Part shown: positions 12,389-27,149 of the stretch, one piece after another | Numbering within the stretch: position 1 is the first letter of the stretch | Layout of the letters: every line of letters begins with the position of its first letter | Assembly (NCBI GenBank): GCA_951406725.2 | Contig: OX597816.1 | Coordinates: forward strand, 159,340,001 to 159,404,000 | Length of the DNA stretch: 64,000 bases | Direction: 5' to 3' | Source: Octopus vulgaris | Taxonomy: Eukaryota | The notes under the pieces: model-generated | The model's database searches: none | What the model was told of the DNA's origin: nothing | Seen by the model: the letters and a program-made list of their open reading frames with translations, nothing else | Made by a program: the position numbers and the translations under genes

Positions 12389-14633
12389 CTGAAAGAGAAA
12401 AAAAGTACCTTCAAGTTGTTGTTAAAGGCTAAAAGCATAGGTATAAAAAGACAATATGTGCTTCAAAATGAAAATCATTTCAAGCTATGAGGAAAAAAAT
12501 ACCAAAAGTCTCAGCTGACATTCTCATATAGTTTCAATAACAAATATAATTTAATAAATTGAATATTTTAAAACAAACAGAATTTTGTATAAAAGCAAAT
12601 CCAAAATGCTCAAATCATATTAAACAAAATAAATATTCTATTCAAATTCACTTCAAGCTTTGACTAATTAACAGAGTAAGAAATTTATATTTCTATCTAT
12701 TTTTTTATTTTTCATTCCATGTTCAGTTCAAATTTTACCTCTAAATTATGGAATTTTTACATCCGAGTGTTTTTAAAAAAGTAACTTTGCATCTTAAACT
12801 TTCTCAGCTAATATACATTTCTTACAAATGCACAGATTAATTTCTAAATGTGGGAGGATAGGGGATGAGACTATGTGATGTCCTTATTTTCAAGGGCATT
12901 AGAAGATAAATGAAATGAAATAGTTCCAACCAAGAATTTAAACCAAAATGCAGACTCAGCAGTGCTTAAGTTGCTTTATAAATGTAATATTAAGAATTTA
13001 TTATCAAAGGGTTTATCACGAACTTAAGATTCATAAAAATAGCATGCCCAGTGTACACAAACTCTAATCATAATTACAACTTCATTAAAATGCTACATAT
13101 CATTATCTATACTATAATAAAGCAAGTCTCTTATTAATTAGCTTAAAATATGTAAATTTTACTAAAAGAAACCAATTATCAAAGTCTATATTGTCAAAGA
13201 AATTCTAATAAATTTCAATTTTAATATATTATAAAGGTTGCTTAATTATTTGCAACACTACTTTCTACAGACACGTCAGTAAAAGCATTTTGCCAAATTA
13301 TGTTTAATCTAGCATCATCTGAATTATGTTGATTCCAATCTTTCATATTTGTTGGGTGATGTTGAAGATGGTAATCTGAAGACTTTTACCTGATTTCTTT
13401 GTGAATTCTAATGCGGTATTTGAATGCTAGATATTATTCTGAATTTATTTACTGAATGAGTACTATTAGACAAAGGATACAAAGGAAAATTAAAAGTAAC
13501 ATATCAGAAACATTACACAAATTGAGAAACAAATGTGTACATCTCATTTAGAAACTAGTAAAAATCTATGGGGCAGTTTTTCTGTAAGTGATAAAAATAA
13601 AGGAAACATTCCCCTCCCCTAAATATTGCTCACCCATTTATCTGCATTGTTTAGGAGCATTTGAGAAGGTTGCCACCGAATAAATTAAGAAAAAAATCAA
13701 ATATCAAATAATAAAATTTATTGTAATTCAAAAATGTCACCAGTAGTGCATTAGAGATTTTAAATATTATTTTAAATACATTTTAAATACTGGGTGAAGG
13801 AAATACATACAACCACACACTACATGATAAAGTGTGCTGTGGTGCTTATGACCAAATCTGAAGCATGGTATATGCAGAGTAGTGGACCTGTGAATTACTC
13901 TTGCATATCTGAGCAGCTGTTATTGCTCTACCATAACACTATTGCTTCAGCACAGTTGAACAGGATGTATGCATATATGTATGTGCACTGCAATGATGTA
14001 AACATACCAAGAAAACCAATAAGTATTTAGAAACTTTGAGACATGTGATATAATCTGATTTTAACTGTAAAACTCAAAGTAGATAAAGCTATAAGTAATA
14101 GCATGTAGAATGCTGAGTTATAAAAACCCAGGAACCATAAAATGAAAAAAAAAAAGCCAAAGGGCTTCCAATGAGAGCTGAACTCAAATCTGGGCAGCCT
14201 TTGATTTTTCCTATCCAAAGCCTTTTCTTTTTAACGCAGGATTCTACATACTATCATTTATAGCTATATCTACGAGTTCCACACTTGAAATTGAATTATA
14301 CCAACTAATGTGACTACATATAGAGAGAATAGGGTTAAGTGCAAGTTAATATACTTATTATTTCAGTTGAACAATAAGGAATAAATTAAATGAGATGAAA
14401 TAAAAATGATTTCTTACAAAATCAAATAATTTACAAGTCAATTTTTTGAGAAACAAACAACAAATTTTCTTTTTCTTTGTTTGAAATTTCAAATTATGCA
14501 TGAATAGAGTTTACTTCATTGTTCTGTGATCTTAAGGTTTATCTCTCTGCAAGGCATGTTGGACTTTTCTATTATAGCCTTCAGGTGACCTTGTAAATGA
14601 AATTGGTAGAGGGAATTGTAAGGAAGCTTGTTG

Positions 14634-14670
<37 letters not shown>

Positions 14671-15165
14671 CCATTGTCCATGTTGGTAAGGGCTGGACAG
14701 TCATCACAATCCAAGCTCTTGTTTTGAGTTTTGTTTTCTTGGGTATGGTCCCTTGACCACACATAAAAGAACAGTAACCCAACAAGAACTTCTGTCCATT
14801 TTCATTTCGAATATTTATGGCTGGGTACCTTTCCTAACACCAATTACTTAACCAGTGTACTGGGTGCATATTTTCATAGCACAAGCATAAGAGAAGTTAT
14901 GTTCTCCAAAATACAAGACTATAGAATCCTTCTAAACCCTATAATGTCTTTGTACAACCAGCTTGTTAATTGTATGTATGAATAGTTGGGTGTGTGAGCA
15001 TTTCCGCATTCCACATAAAAGCACTGAGCTAAAAAATGGTGTTGTTTGTTGGCATTTCCTGTCAACAAATCAGGTGTCTTTCAAAGATATTTGAAATAAA
15101 AGATCTCTTGCTTGAAATAGTTAGCGATGGAAAGGGTTTCTGACTCAATATGTATTTGAGTAACT

Positions 15166-16244
15166 CAGTGGTTCTCAATGCGGGTGGCACCATCCTTGTG
15201 GGGCAGAGAAAAGGTCCAGGGGAGTACTGAAGAAAAATGGGGTGATAATGAGGTGGCCAAAAAATATCACTGGATGGCAATGACCCCTTTCTTTTTCAAT
15301 GGCACATTCAGGTTTAGAGAACAGAAAAAAAAAAAAGAAAAATTTAGTGACAAAGCTGGTCATAAAACTACCTAGAAAGCTGAAAACATGACACTGAACA
15401 AAAACAACAACAATGACAAGAATAACATCAACAACAATGACAAGAACAACAACAACAAAATGAAAAGAAAAAAATGAATACATTCCCTCCACTGACCACC
15501 TTTGGTGCCAATGCCAAATACATGTGTATGTGTATATGTAAGTGTACATGTATATGTGTGTGTGCATATATATATATAAAGAATTATTTAAATTAAAGAA
15601 AAAAATTGAATTAAGAAAAAACATCTAAGTTGGGTTCATACAAACATATAAGTATATGTAGATTTGTGCACTTATGTTAGAAAATCTTAGGGGGTGGGGG
15701 GATTTTGGTTGGAGACGGGGGAAGTTTTAGGTAATTTCTAAGTGCTTGTTTAGGTCAAAACTGTAAAAATGCTTTTTTTATGTATATTATGGGGATAGTT
15801 TATGATGAAGGTGAAAGGCGTGAAGTTGGGGAGATATTTTTTAACTGTCACCCCCCTCCCCCAAAAAAAACAAACTAGACAAAAATATTGGTTATTTTCG
15901 ATTAAAAATACCAGTTTGTGGTATCTAGATATCAGTAATGAGTAAGCAAGAATAATCGAGGAAGAACTGGTTTCAATTTTAAAGGACATTGAGCTGTGTC
16001 CAAAGTTCAAAAAATCATATCAGTATTTTTGATTGCAAAAGAATGGTTCTGATTGCTACCCTGCACTGATGAACAAAGACAAAATGTACTTCTTGCTTTC
16101 TGCCTAGCTTCTTTCTAAGCAAAGGAACAGACTGAAAATATTGTGAAATACAATTGTTTTTAATTTGTAGGAGAAAGAGGGGGTACTAGGAATGCGGATT
16201 GGGTACCAAGCAGGTAGCAATCTGAAAAAGTTTGAGAACCACTG
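15166..16244. mobile_element. Non-autonomous hAT (Charlie-like) element in a per intron
   Basis: TIRs CAGTGGTTCTCAA / TTGAGAACCACTG. Degenerate 8-bp TSD gagtaact / gtctaact. Confidence 0.65.
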
Positions 16245-16292
16245 GTCTAACTCATGCCAACTTGGGAAAATGGGTGTTAAATGAAAGAATAA

Positions 16293-16342
<50 letters not shown>

Positions 16343-16809
16343 AAGTAAGATAAAAACAGAGAGGATTGAACAAATATTTTTCAAAATTTTTTTTTATTGA
16401 TTAAAATTTCTGTTTTAGAATCTCCACCCACCCATTCAACACTTTAAGCTTAAGATGTTTTCTGTTAATTTAAGTATTTGAAATTTCAAACTGAGAAAAA
16501 GTTGTACAGGATTGAAGACAAAATTTCTACATCTGATTATATTATCAAAAATTAAATCAAAGAGCATCACTTTGACAATGTGTATTATCATCACTGATGT
16601 AAGAATTTAATATCAAGAAAACTGGACAAAAATGTACCTTATTTCACAATTATCATGTTTGGCTTGCAACAATGTTATAATATACTTTCTACAACTTATA
16701 TCAAGATGAAGGTTCCATATTGTCACCACCAGCCTGGCTTGATATAGTTCAACATAAATCAGGAAAGAAAGTTTTTTTTTTTTCAGTATTGACCAAGAAA
16801 ATGACTTAC

Positions 16810-16859
16810 CTTAGTGTCGATTCATGGGCCGAATCATAGAGAGAACTTATCTGTGCCAT
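16810..16859 (-). CDS. per: Period (PER) homolog, first coding exon: MAQISSLYDSAHESTL(R). The exon spans 16810-16888 including 5' UTR.
   Basis: Minus strand reads ttttag|GATCAG...gccATGG (good Kozak context) and ends CTAAG|gtaagt. The phase-2 end matches the phase-2 start of exon 4121-4195. LYDSAHES resembles the DSAYS motif at the Drosophila PER N-terminus. Confidence 0.75.
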
Positions 16860-19800
16860 GGCAAAACTGCCGACCAGTTGGGCTGATCCTAAAACAAATA
16901 AATTCAACAGTATTACAAATCATTGTCATTATTATTATTGTTATACAGGAGATGATTTACATGCAAGACTCATTTATATATTTTTTTATAATAATAATAA
17001 AAAAAAGAAAAATTTTAGGATCTATGTAGAAATTAATACAAAAATAAAACTAATAAATGCAGTGTATTACAACACATTGTTTCCTGATGAGTCCCAAGTT
17101 GGTCATGATTGAGTAGATCTATGATCAAAGGCAGTCCAACTGTGAACATCCTGTCATTTTAATGTATGCAAGGAACCTAGGATTACATTATCCAATGTGT
17201 GTCTTTTCTAAGATAACAGAGTATGATTCGAAGGGGATTTGGCTCTAACACCACAAAGGCTCCCATGATAACAGATTAACTTCAGTTTACTTTTCAGAAA
17301 ACAGTTTTAACAGCTCAGAAACAACAACAGTACATTCTAGATATAACTTATTTGTGAGATAGGCAGGGTAGACAAAGACATGGCTGCAAGAACAACACAA
17401 TGATAAAATCAATTACCCAACATTCAGATGAATGTTTTGTGTATGAACATGAAGTCTTGCTGAGATGATTTTTGTGGTTAGTGTTAACAAGAGATTCCTG
17501 TGGTGTAAACAATCTTTCATATTTTGGAAAAGGAATGATAACTGTGTGTGTGAAAGAGAGAGGGGGAAGAGAGAAATGGCATGCACACACATACATATGT
17601 GTGCACACAGACAATTTAATACTTGGTGGTGGTTTCTAATTAAACTGCGGAAGATCCATAGGGGTTAGCTAGCAAAATTAAGTTTTGTGAGACTTTTTGT
17701 CACATTAATCCAAATTTTATGCATAACAATTTTATGCATGCATTTTACCTATACTGAGTATTAGAATTATTCTAATAAGAATTGAAATCATAACTAAGCA
17801 GCTGTTAAAACTTGGGCTTTAACAAAAATTCTCAGAGAAAAATGTACATCTTACATACAGCAAATAGATGATTTCATTTATATCGTATTTCCTCCAGTGT
17901 AAGGCTTTAATAAACAAACTATAGATAAACATTTTTTTATAAGTGATACAAAAATATGAGAATATATTTACAGATGATTCTGCAGATCTAAATGTGCTTC
18001 TTTATTACCCTACTAATCTCCCATCATGTCACAAGTTAGAGGAATAGCATCACATTGGATCTGTCAGTATTCAACCCACACCTACCATCATCCAATTTTA
18101 TTACCAACTTCCTCTTGTTCTCACTCTTCCTCTCCAATCATGCACTACTGACATCCATTACTCCAGCTCTCTTACTTTCACCTGCTTTTATCCATCATTA
18201 TCACTCATTCATTCTCTCACCACTGTTTCTACTCATGCTGTTCTTAATTAATCTTCTTACAAACAGCCAGCATTAAGTTATCACTTTCTTTACTATCTCT
18301 CTCTCTTTCACTCACTTTGGTTCTCCTTTAATCACTCTTCTACTTACCAAAGGACAAGACAAGCCAGAGCTTCTAGTGGACAAATGAACACAGACAACAT
18401 AAGACAGTGAAGGCTAATCTAGCTGACTAACACCGCAATGAATGCACACTCAGTACACTGTACTGGTTCCATGTCATTGTGGTCGGTCAATGACTGAAGA
18501 CAACGTAGGGTAGGACATGATGACCTTTCTAGTGCTGATACCATAATAAAATATACTAAGTAGGTTCTGTAAAATTATTAGCAGTAAGAAGGATAACAGC
18601 CATAGAAAATATTGTCAAAAATGGAATATACAAAATATTCTGTATATTCATGTATGTTGAAAATCTAAGCCTCATAAGTGAATAGGAATTCCAAACAGGG
18701 AAGCAGCATCTGGAGACAAGAGGCCTCTCAAAGTAAATCTATCAAGGGCAAAAGTTTTAATTAGCAAGAAAAATCACAAGGCTACTGTCATCAGGGAGGC
18801 AGTCATGTTCAATTTGCAGAAAAGGAGTAGGTAGGAACTCTGCATGAAATGTAAATTGCGGGGGCACAATAGATGCAATTGCAGAAGTATAGCAGTAAAA
18901 GGAAGATGAAAAAAAAAAAAAAAAAGAGAATCAGATGTAGCATAAAAGAGAGGAAATGACACTCATACAAACATGTAATGTATGAATAGAAGAAGACAGC
19001 TAAAGAAACAAGTGCCTAACAAACCAAATGAAAAGAAGCAGTGGAAAAGGAAGGCCAAAGAAGACGTGGAAAGAAGTGCTGAAAGCTGATCTCAAGAGAT
19101 TGACCTCAACGAGGAGATGACAAAAGACCACAACAAATGGTAAGACAATTGGCTCAAGAAAACCTGGCAACCCATGCGATCATGAAAATGACGTAAAATT
19201 GACAATTATCGTAATAGCGATTATATGTACACACACACACACATGCATGTGCACACATCTGCACTTGCATGCATGCACACACACACACTACCTCTAAAAG
19301 AAATACTGTTACCTTCTTTTTTTATGACAGGGGAGAAGGCAGCACCTATGACTTTGACTTTGGCAGGAGGAAATTATTCAAAAACTAGAAACATGGTCTA
19401 AATATTTGCAATGCAGTGTACTTTGCTAAAGGCATCCTAAGGCCAGGTGGTGGTAGAGGTAAACAACCTGGTTAAATCTATTTTAATTCACTAAATAAAA
19501 TTAAGCTTACATTAACCAATTTAATCCAGTTTTGTGTCAAACACAATAGCGTGAGAAGGAAAAAGGACAAAAAAAGTTATTTCTGATCTATATATTCATT
19601 ATTCTCTTAGCTCTCTAATCTTAATAAGAACTTGGAATTTTGTGAAACAAAAGCAAAGTAGTTAAAAATAGACGAAAAAGCTATTTATTTCGTTTCTCCG
19701 TTATATAAAATACAGGTTTAGGAAAGCAGACAGAAAAGAATTATCTAGATTCAATAGACAAAGAAAATAATTCACACTAAGTTCATAAATTATTTATTTT

Positions 19801-22800
19801 TAACTTTCAGCCTGGGAACCTTGTTCTGATAACAGGTTTCTTATGAATGTCCTTTCTTTTTTATTTGGTTACCCGAACATGTGAAAGAGTGAGCAATGAT
19901 TGGTAAAGTTTTTCAATTTCCCCTACCCTCCCTCCAAATCTGATGATTTACAAATCAAAGCAGTATCAAACAATAGTCACAAGAAACAAATTCAGTTTCA
20001 ATATATGATATACTCTACATCAAGTATTGAGTACTCTCCATTCATTTATAAACTTTAACATTTGAATGTTTGTGTGTGCGTGCATGCATGCATGTATTTG
20101 GCACATCTGTATGGTTAAGAAGCTCACATTGCAACATGATTTTGGATTCATTCCCAGTGCGACACCTTGTGCAAGTGTCTTCTATTATCGTCCCTCCACT
20201 GACCAATGCATTGAGAGTGAATTTGTAAGAAAGCCCATCATGTGTGTGTGTGCATGCAAGTTCAACATGTAGCACTGTTAATTCAGACACTTTTTTTTTT
20301 CTCTCAGAAGTGTATAGGGTTGAAATGTCAAAAGTGTTCTTCCATTTTCCCAGAGTGTCAAACTAATACCCCTCCCTACCAATTTGTTGTTCTTTTACCT
20401 GTCTTTTCTTTTTGTAGATTTTTAAACCATAAACACAGTTTGTATGAGTGTGTCTTTGTGTATGTAAGTCTCCCACCCACTGTTTGACAGCCAGTGTTGG
20501 TTTGTTTACATCCCTGTAACTTAGCAATTTTGGCAAAAGAGACAGAATAGGTACCAGACCCTTCAAGGTGGTAACCCAGTTCTTCACTTTTTGAAGCACT
20601 AGAGCCATGAATATGAATCTAATATCTCAGATTTATCTAATCACAAATTATCCTTAGAGAGAGAATACCCAAAATTGATAGAAATAATTATAACAGAGGT
20701 TTTAGACAGGAAACGAGAATCTAAATATAGCTATACGCTGTTCAAAGTTAATATTCTTGCGCTTAGTTATAACATATGTGGTTTTATCTTGGCATGAAAT
20801 AACCATGTTTGTCTGGATACATTTTGGCACTAAATCAAATATATAATTTATTTCAAACTGACTGACTTTCTTCAACTTTGCATATTTTTCTATTTAGAAA
20901 AAACAAAAAATTTTCAATTCTTTTGCATGAAAGATTTGAAACTGCTGAAAGTTTCCAACTGTAAAAACAACATTCTTGGCACAAGTGAAAATCAAGATGA
21001 TAAACTTCATACATGTTAAGTCAATGTCGTAACTTTTATAAGAGAAAATTATCATACTTGTTCCTCCTTTCAAAACAATGATATTTAAAAAAGCAATAGC
21101 CAAAATTAAACCAAATGACAGAAGATAAAATCATTTCTACATACTGTGTTCAAATTTTGGCACAAGATCAGCAATTTCAGGGAGCGGGAATAAGTGAATT
21201 ACAACAAGCCCAGTACTCATCTGGTACTTGTTAGGAGCAACAAAAGAAATATTCCATCCAGTGAGCTATAGATATCATCAAAATCCTGTGTATACCAAAT
21301 GATGTATACATATGGGGAGGTAGTTCAGTTAATCATACAACTTGAATTGTCATCATGAAACTGACAAAGATACCTATCCACAATGTGTGTGCGCGCGCGT
21401 ATATATACATTGAAGGCTCTCACCTCTGTAAAACTGACTTCTAGAAACAATATATGCCATCACAGCGTTTATATGCGTGCACATATGGGCATGCTGTCCA
21501 GTCTCCTCCTAACAGCCTTACCACTCATACTACACCCACTGTAGCTTCCCCTTGATTCCATTCAATTTTCTTGCTACCTAGAGCCATTTAACTGTTAGCC
21601 ATTATTCATTCATTAATTAATTATTGCTCTCTTCACCCACATGACACTGTTCTCCCACCACTGGACCATCAAAGTATTTCCCTTCATGCACTATGCCTAT
21701 TTCTGCCCACTTCTTTTCAACACATTTATCAAAACCATAAATAGCAAAATTTCAGCACTGAAATAGCAGCAAATTGCAAATTCTAAAATAAATGTCCAAA
21801 TTTGGAAACTAGACAAGCTTTCAAAGCAAAAAAATATTCACATTAAAAGCTAAAAATACAATTTTAATTTGTGAAAAAAAAACCGCACATACACACACAC
21901 AATAAAATACTATATGCAGTTAAACGGTTTTCAAATGAGCATGTTTTTAACATCAAAGTAAGAGTATAATTAATCGATTTCCCAAACTGCCAATCCCATG
22001 TTCACACTAATTAATAAACTGTTCACTTAAATCAATCAAACTTTACTTTGGCTGTTGCATGTTATTTCATAGGTTTCAAGGAACCTAATATGCAAATAAG
22101 TATGAATGTACTTCAAGGGATGCAAAAATAAGCAAAGTAGGCAATTATCGATTAACTAACCTAGCCTTACAGGCCAATACCAGGCAATCAATTGCTGATT
22201 ATCTATAATGTAAATATGGACTGTGTATTGTAATTAATCGCCCTCACCATTTAATGATGCCATGACTTGTGATGGTATAGGGCATTCACTTAAGAATTCC
22301 TATATTTGGTTACTAAAGCACTGGGAATGAGATTAAATTACACTGATTAGATTATATGTTCTTGGAAATAGGTTTTAATTTATTATATATATTATTGAAT
22401 CCACTGTTTATAGAATTTCTCTGTAACCCATGGTTTTCTTGCTCCAGCATACATGCCTATCAATAAGAACATAATCTGACTTATACCAAAAGGCTGAAAC
22501 CAATCATTTAGCAAAATGGCTAATTACTTGGTGCAACCATAGCTGCTTTATTAATTAAAATCCTATCTCTATACGTAACCAACAAAAGTTATTTATAAAT
22601 ATCCAGCATAAACATATTTCAAGTAGATGGCATTATCAAAAATTCTTCACCTGTGTATAACCAACATAAACACTTCACTGCAATGTGGAAATGTCAAGAA
22701 GAGATGACATTTCTTTATATCTTTTGATAAAGCATATTCTACTTTGCTTCAATTTTGTTCTTTTTTTTTATCTCTTTCTTGTAAAGCAATGTACAGAAAA

Positions 22801-25800
22801 TGCTAATGTGAAATTAATGGATGTGGTGGAAAGGGGTGGGGAGTCCTTCAATGTGCATGTTTTGAACGTATATCTGAACATGTATTGGCATCAACCATTA
22901 AGTGCTTGTGTATCAATCTATTTTTTTCAGCTTTGGATACTCAGTTTCACATTAACCAAGGAATAAATACTAAACTATTCATCCAAATAAATTAATGTAG
23001 TCAGACTATTCTCAAGTATTGCACTGTATTCTACATGACTCAGTGAAGCTGAAGTGAAATTAATCATTACTGATGCTTCACTGAGCAGCTGGCATTAACT
23101 AAGATCTTTCATTCATAAATAACCAATATAAACACACATGTACACACCATTTGGCTGGCATTAACTAAGATCCTTGAGCTATAAATAACCAGCATAAACA
23201 GGGAACAAGCACAACGGTCAAGTGAACATGACATCAGTTCATTAGTTTATATATATCATTAGACAATTTTTTATCCATGAACAATTTTTTTAAATAAAAT
23301 AAAAATTAATGTTTTCTTTACTTCAATTTAATAGTTAAGTAGACAGGCTCCAACTAATAATTTACAAATTAACATTATGAATCCTAAGAACTATTAAAGA
23401 TCTGTAGCACAATATTTATGTTAAATTAATCTAATCAAGGAGCTTCTAAATAGTTGCTCTAACAGTATTCATTATAGTAGTGAAATATCTTTAAAGCTCA
23501 AAACTCAGACATAACTGCGAGGCTAAGAAGTTTAATTCCCAATCATATGGTTTCATGTTCAATCGCACTGCAAGGTACCTTGGGAAGTGTCTACTTCTAT
23601 AGCTCTGGGGTTGACTAAAGCCTTGTAAGTTTGGTAGAGGAAAACAAAGAGGCCCATTGATATATATATATATATCTGTATAGGTGTGCTTGGTGTGTGT
23701 TAGTGTCACGTTGATCAGTATCAGACAAGCGAGAGTTGATGACATGAAGGACAACCGTCCATAGAAAAGAGGCATCAACAAATTTTGTCCAATCCATGCA
23801 TGGACAGGTGGATGTCAAAATGATGATAACTCTATATTTTAAGGGTCAAACCAACATACCTGCTGATCAGTTCTATGGAGTTGCTCAACAGTTACCTCAA
23901 CTAGAGTACTCAAAGTCAACATTATCACCATTGTTTTAACATCCATTTTTCCATGCTTGGATGATACTTGATGATGCAGAATTTTTATGGCTGGAAGCCC
24001 TTCCTGTCACCAACACTTGCCAGTATTCAAACAAGATTACACTCCCCTATGGCTGGACATGTTTTCTTTGAAAATTTTCAAAGGAAATACACTGTATGAT
24101 TGTGATACTCATTTTACAAGGATTGCATCAGAAATACAAAATCACACACATGCATACATATATAGAGAGGGGTTCTTTCTGTTTCTATCTATCCAATTCT
24201 GCATGAAAAGCTTTGGTTGGCCTGGGGCTATAGTAAATGACACTTGCCCAAGGTGTCCTGCAGTGGAAAATAGCCTGAAACCAAGTGATCAGAAAGCATA
24301 CTTCCTAATCACAAAGCTATTCCTGTACATTGTAGAAGAAAAATAATTAAAACGATGTCATTATGCAAATATCCATGAACAGTAGAAAAATTATCAATTT
24401 GTTATTTTAAATTATTCATTTAGACGTCATCCCTTATTTCTTATCAACAACGGCATTAATTAGAAAAAAGAAAACAAAGCAGTAAAAGTAAAGATATGTT
24501 TAAAAGCATTAGGTAACCATATGTAAACATTTAAACTGCAAGCAGGTGAGAGGAACCTTAATTACTTGGCTTCACAGACATAGGCAGAGAATCTAATCTA
24601 CTTCAAGTCACAACCTACCAATAAAGGACAAGATTAAAAAAAAAATGTAGTTCTAGACATGCTAGGCTGAAAAAGAAAAAAAACAAAACAAAAACCAGAT
24701 TTGTTCTGTCAAGATCAATCAAGAGACGTTTGAAGTTCAACAGCATAACAACATCCCACAGTATAAATTTACCAGTTAGCATCATTAAAATTACATTACA
24801 AACAGAATATGTTCAACCACAGTTCAGAACTGACTGAACATGCCTATGATCAAATGTCTCCCAGCCATAACCAACCCTTCTTGTATTCAAGAGTAGTGTA
24901 ACTAAGACTACATTATTGAATATGTCCTTTTATTTTTGGGTCAGTAGAATGTGATTTGTGGAAGGGAAGGGGGATTTGTTATTTTTAACAAACCTAGCAA
25001 CCACACAGATGCTTCATGTCGTTTGCTATTATTAATTGTCATGAACAGAAGTATAAATTGTAAATAAGAGACACCAATTAGCTATCATCATTGCATAAAA
25101 GATTTTCTAAAATGCATCAAGGCAAAATGGTTCTCTATAGTTTTAACTGTCAACAGACTAAGACTTCATCCTTAGAGCAAAAATTTGAAATGTTCTCCCT
25201 ATAGCCAACAAAGGTTGCTAATTAAAATTATCATTTTTGTCTTCTAGTCAGGATGGAAGGTAGTTCCCATGGCTGCTTCTAAGACAAGCAGAAGGTACCT
25301 TCAAACGAGATATCTGACCTGAATGCTTGCAACAGAATGGACTCTGCTGAAGACACTCAAGGTACTAAGTGGTGGTACTAAACCAGGAGATGGTTTACAT
25401 CTACATTTGAAGTAGGCCAAGAGTCCAAGACATTAAAATTGTGGGCTCATATGTTGACCAAAACTGTGCCAAATATGTAGGTAGTCATCATGAAAACACT
25501 TGATAAGAAACATTACATTCTAGAAACAAAGTTGTAGTTTGGGAACGTTTTTCATTGAGAAAAAGAAAATGGAATACATCAACAACATTTTAGGGTTCAT
25601 TTTTCCATGCTTACATGAGTTGGATGGAGTTAACTGAAGTAGATTTCCAATGACCAGATACCCCTTCTATTGCTAACCTTGCCCATTTCCAAGCAAGGTG
25701 GTATTTCCTGAAGGCCAGACATGATCTTGCAGAATATTGGAAATGAATGATACTGCTTCTATGATGATGACAAAAGACACATGCGCACACACAAATATAT

Positions 25801-27149
25801 GTATAAGACTGGCTTATTTCAGTTTCTATCTACTAAATCCTTTCCAAAGCCTTTGGTCAGCCAAGAGGTTCAAAGGTTACATTTTTTTTTTACCAAATTA
25901 AAACAAGCAGATGCTTTCAAGAGAAACAACTTATATTATCATGTTAATCAACATGACAAAGTGTTTTGTCAATTTGAAACAAAACATATTGAAACTAATA
26001 TAGGACAAATCGCGACACCAAGCTTCCTTTAATTTATTTAAGAAATATAAGAAAGATATTTCATTTTAGGACACAGGGAGACTGATATTTCTTCAGTCTA
26101 AGACTTATCTTTTACTTGTTTCAGTCATAGGACTGTGGCCAAGCTGGGGCACTACCTTGAAGTATTTAGTTGAATAAATCGACCTTAAAGTTACAGGAAC
26201 ATAAACAAACCAAAACCAGTTGTCAAAGAGGTGTGAGAAAGACAAACACAAAGACATATGCACAGACACACATGCATGTCTGTGTGCATATGTACACACA
26301 CACACAATGAGCTTCCAGAGTTTCTGTCAACCATATTCACTGACAAAGCATTTGTCAGCTCAGAGCTATAAGACACTTGCCCAAGTTGCAGTAGAGCTGA
26401 ATCCCAAACTACATGGTTGCAAAGGAAGCTTCTTAACCACAGGGCTTATGCTTTTGTATCACTGTAAAAAAAAAAATTATAGACAATGATCCTTGAAGGC
26501 CCGAAAGCTTGAATTAGGGATCAGGTAGATATGTTAAACCAAACAATGGATTATGCCTAGCACCCAACTAGACCACATTGAAATTTGAAATCAGAACTCA
26601 AAAGAAGATGAAATGCTGCAAGGCATTCTGTCCAATGTTGTAATGATTCTGTCAGTTCACTTTTATCCCAGAAGGATAAAAAGTCAACATGGCAAGATTT
26701 GAATACAGAATGCAAGAAGAAGGAATAAATACCAGAAGGTATTTCATCTAATGTTCTATCAACCTTCAATTAATCTGTAGCCTGTATATATAGTTGAGCC
26801 AACAGAATTCTGCACTGTTTTGATTTCAAATATCAATGGAAAATAACAGTGTAAATGCCTCAAAAAGCTTCTGGTTTTATATTAAGCAGATGAGAGGATA
26901 TATATCCAGCAATTAGTTGAACTGATCTCAAATCCTGTTATAGTCAGCTCTGCCTTTCATCCTGTCAGGGTCAACAAATAAGGTACCAGTCTAGGAGAAT
27001 GAACAAGTGGAATTGTTAGAGCAACTAGGTAAGAGAAGGTGTGATACCTGTTCTATGTATTCTAAGTTCAAACGATTTGCTTACATCTCATTATAGTGAA
27101 GTGGTTTCTTCAAAGAGGATTAAGAGAGAGAAAAAAAAAGAGGTTATGC

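Noticed and set aside
17080-17115. Hammerhead ribozyme core CTGATGAG
   Set aside because: No GAAA after a stem II, so the core is incomplete.
22651-22677. Possible micro-exon (minus strand ttgcag...cag|gtgaag) in the per 5' region
   Set aside because: Splice-like signals alone occur by chance in long introns, and there is no coding or phase constraint to test it.
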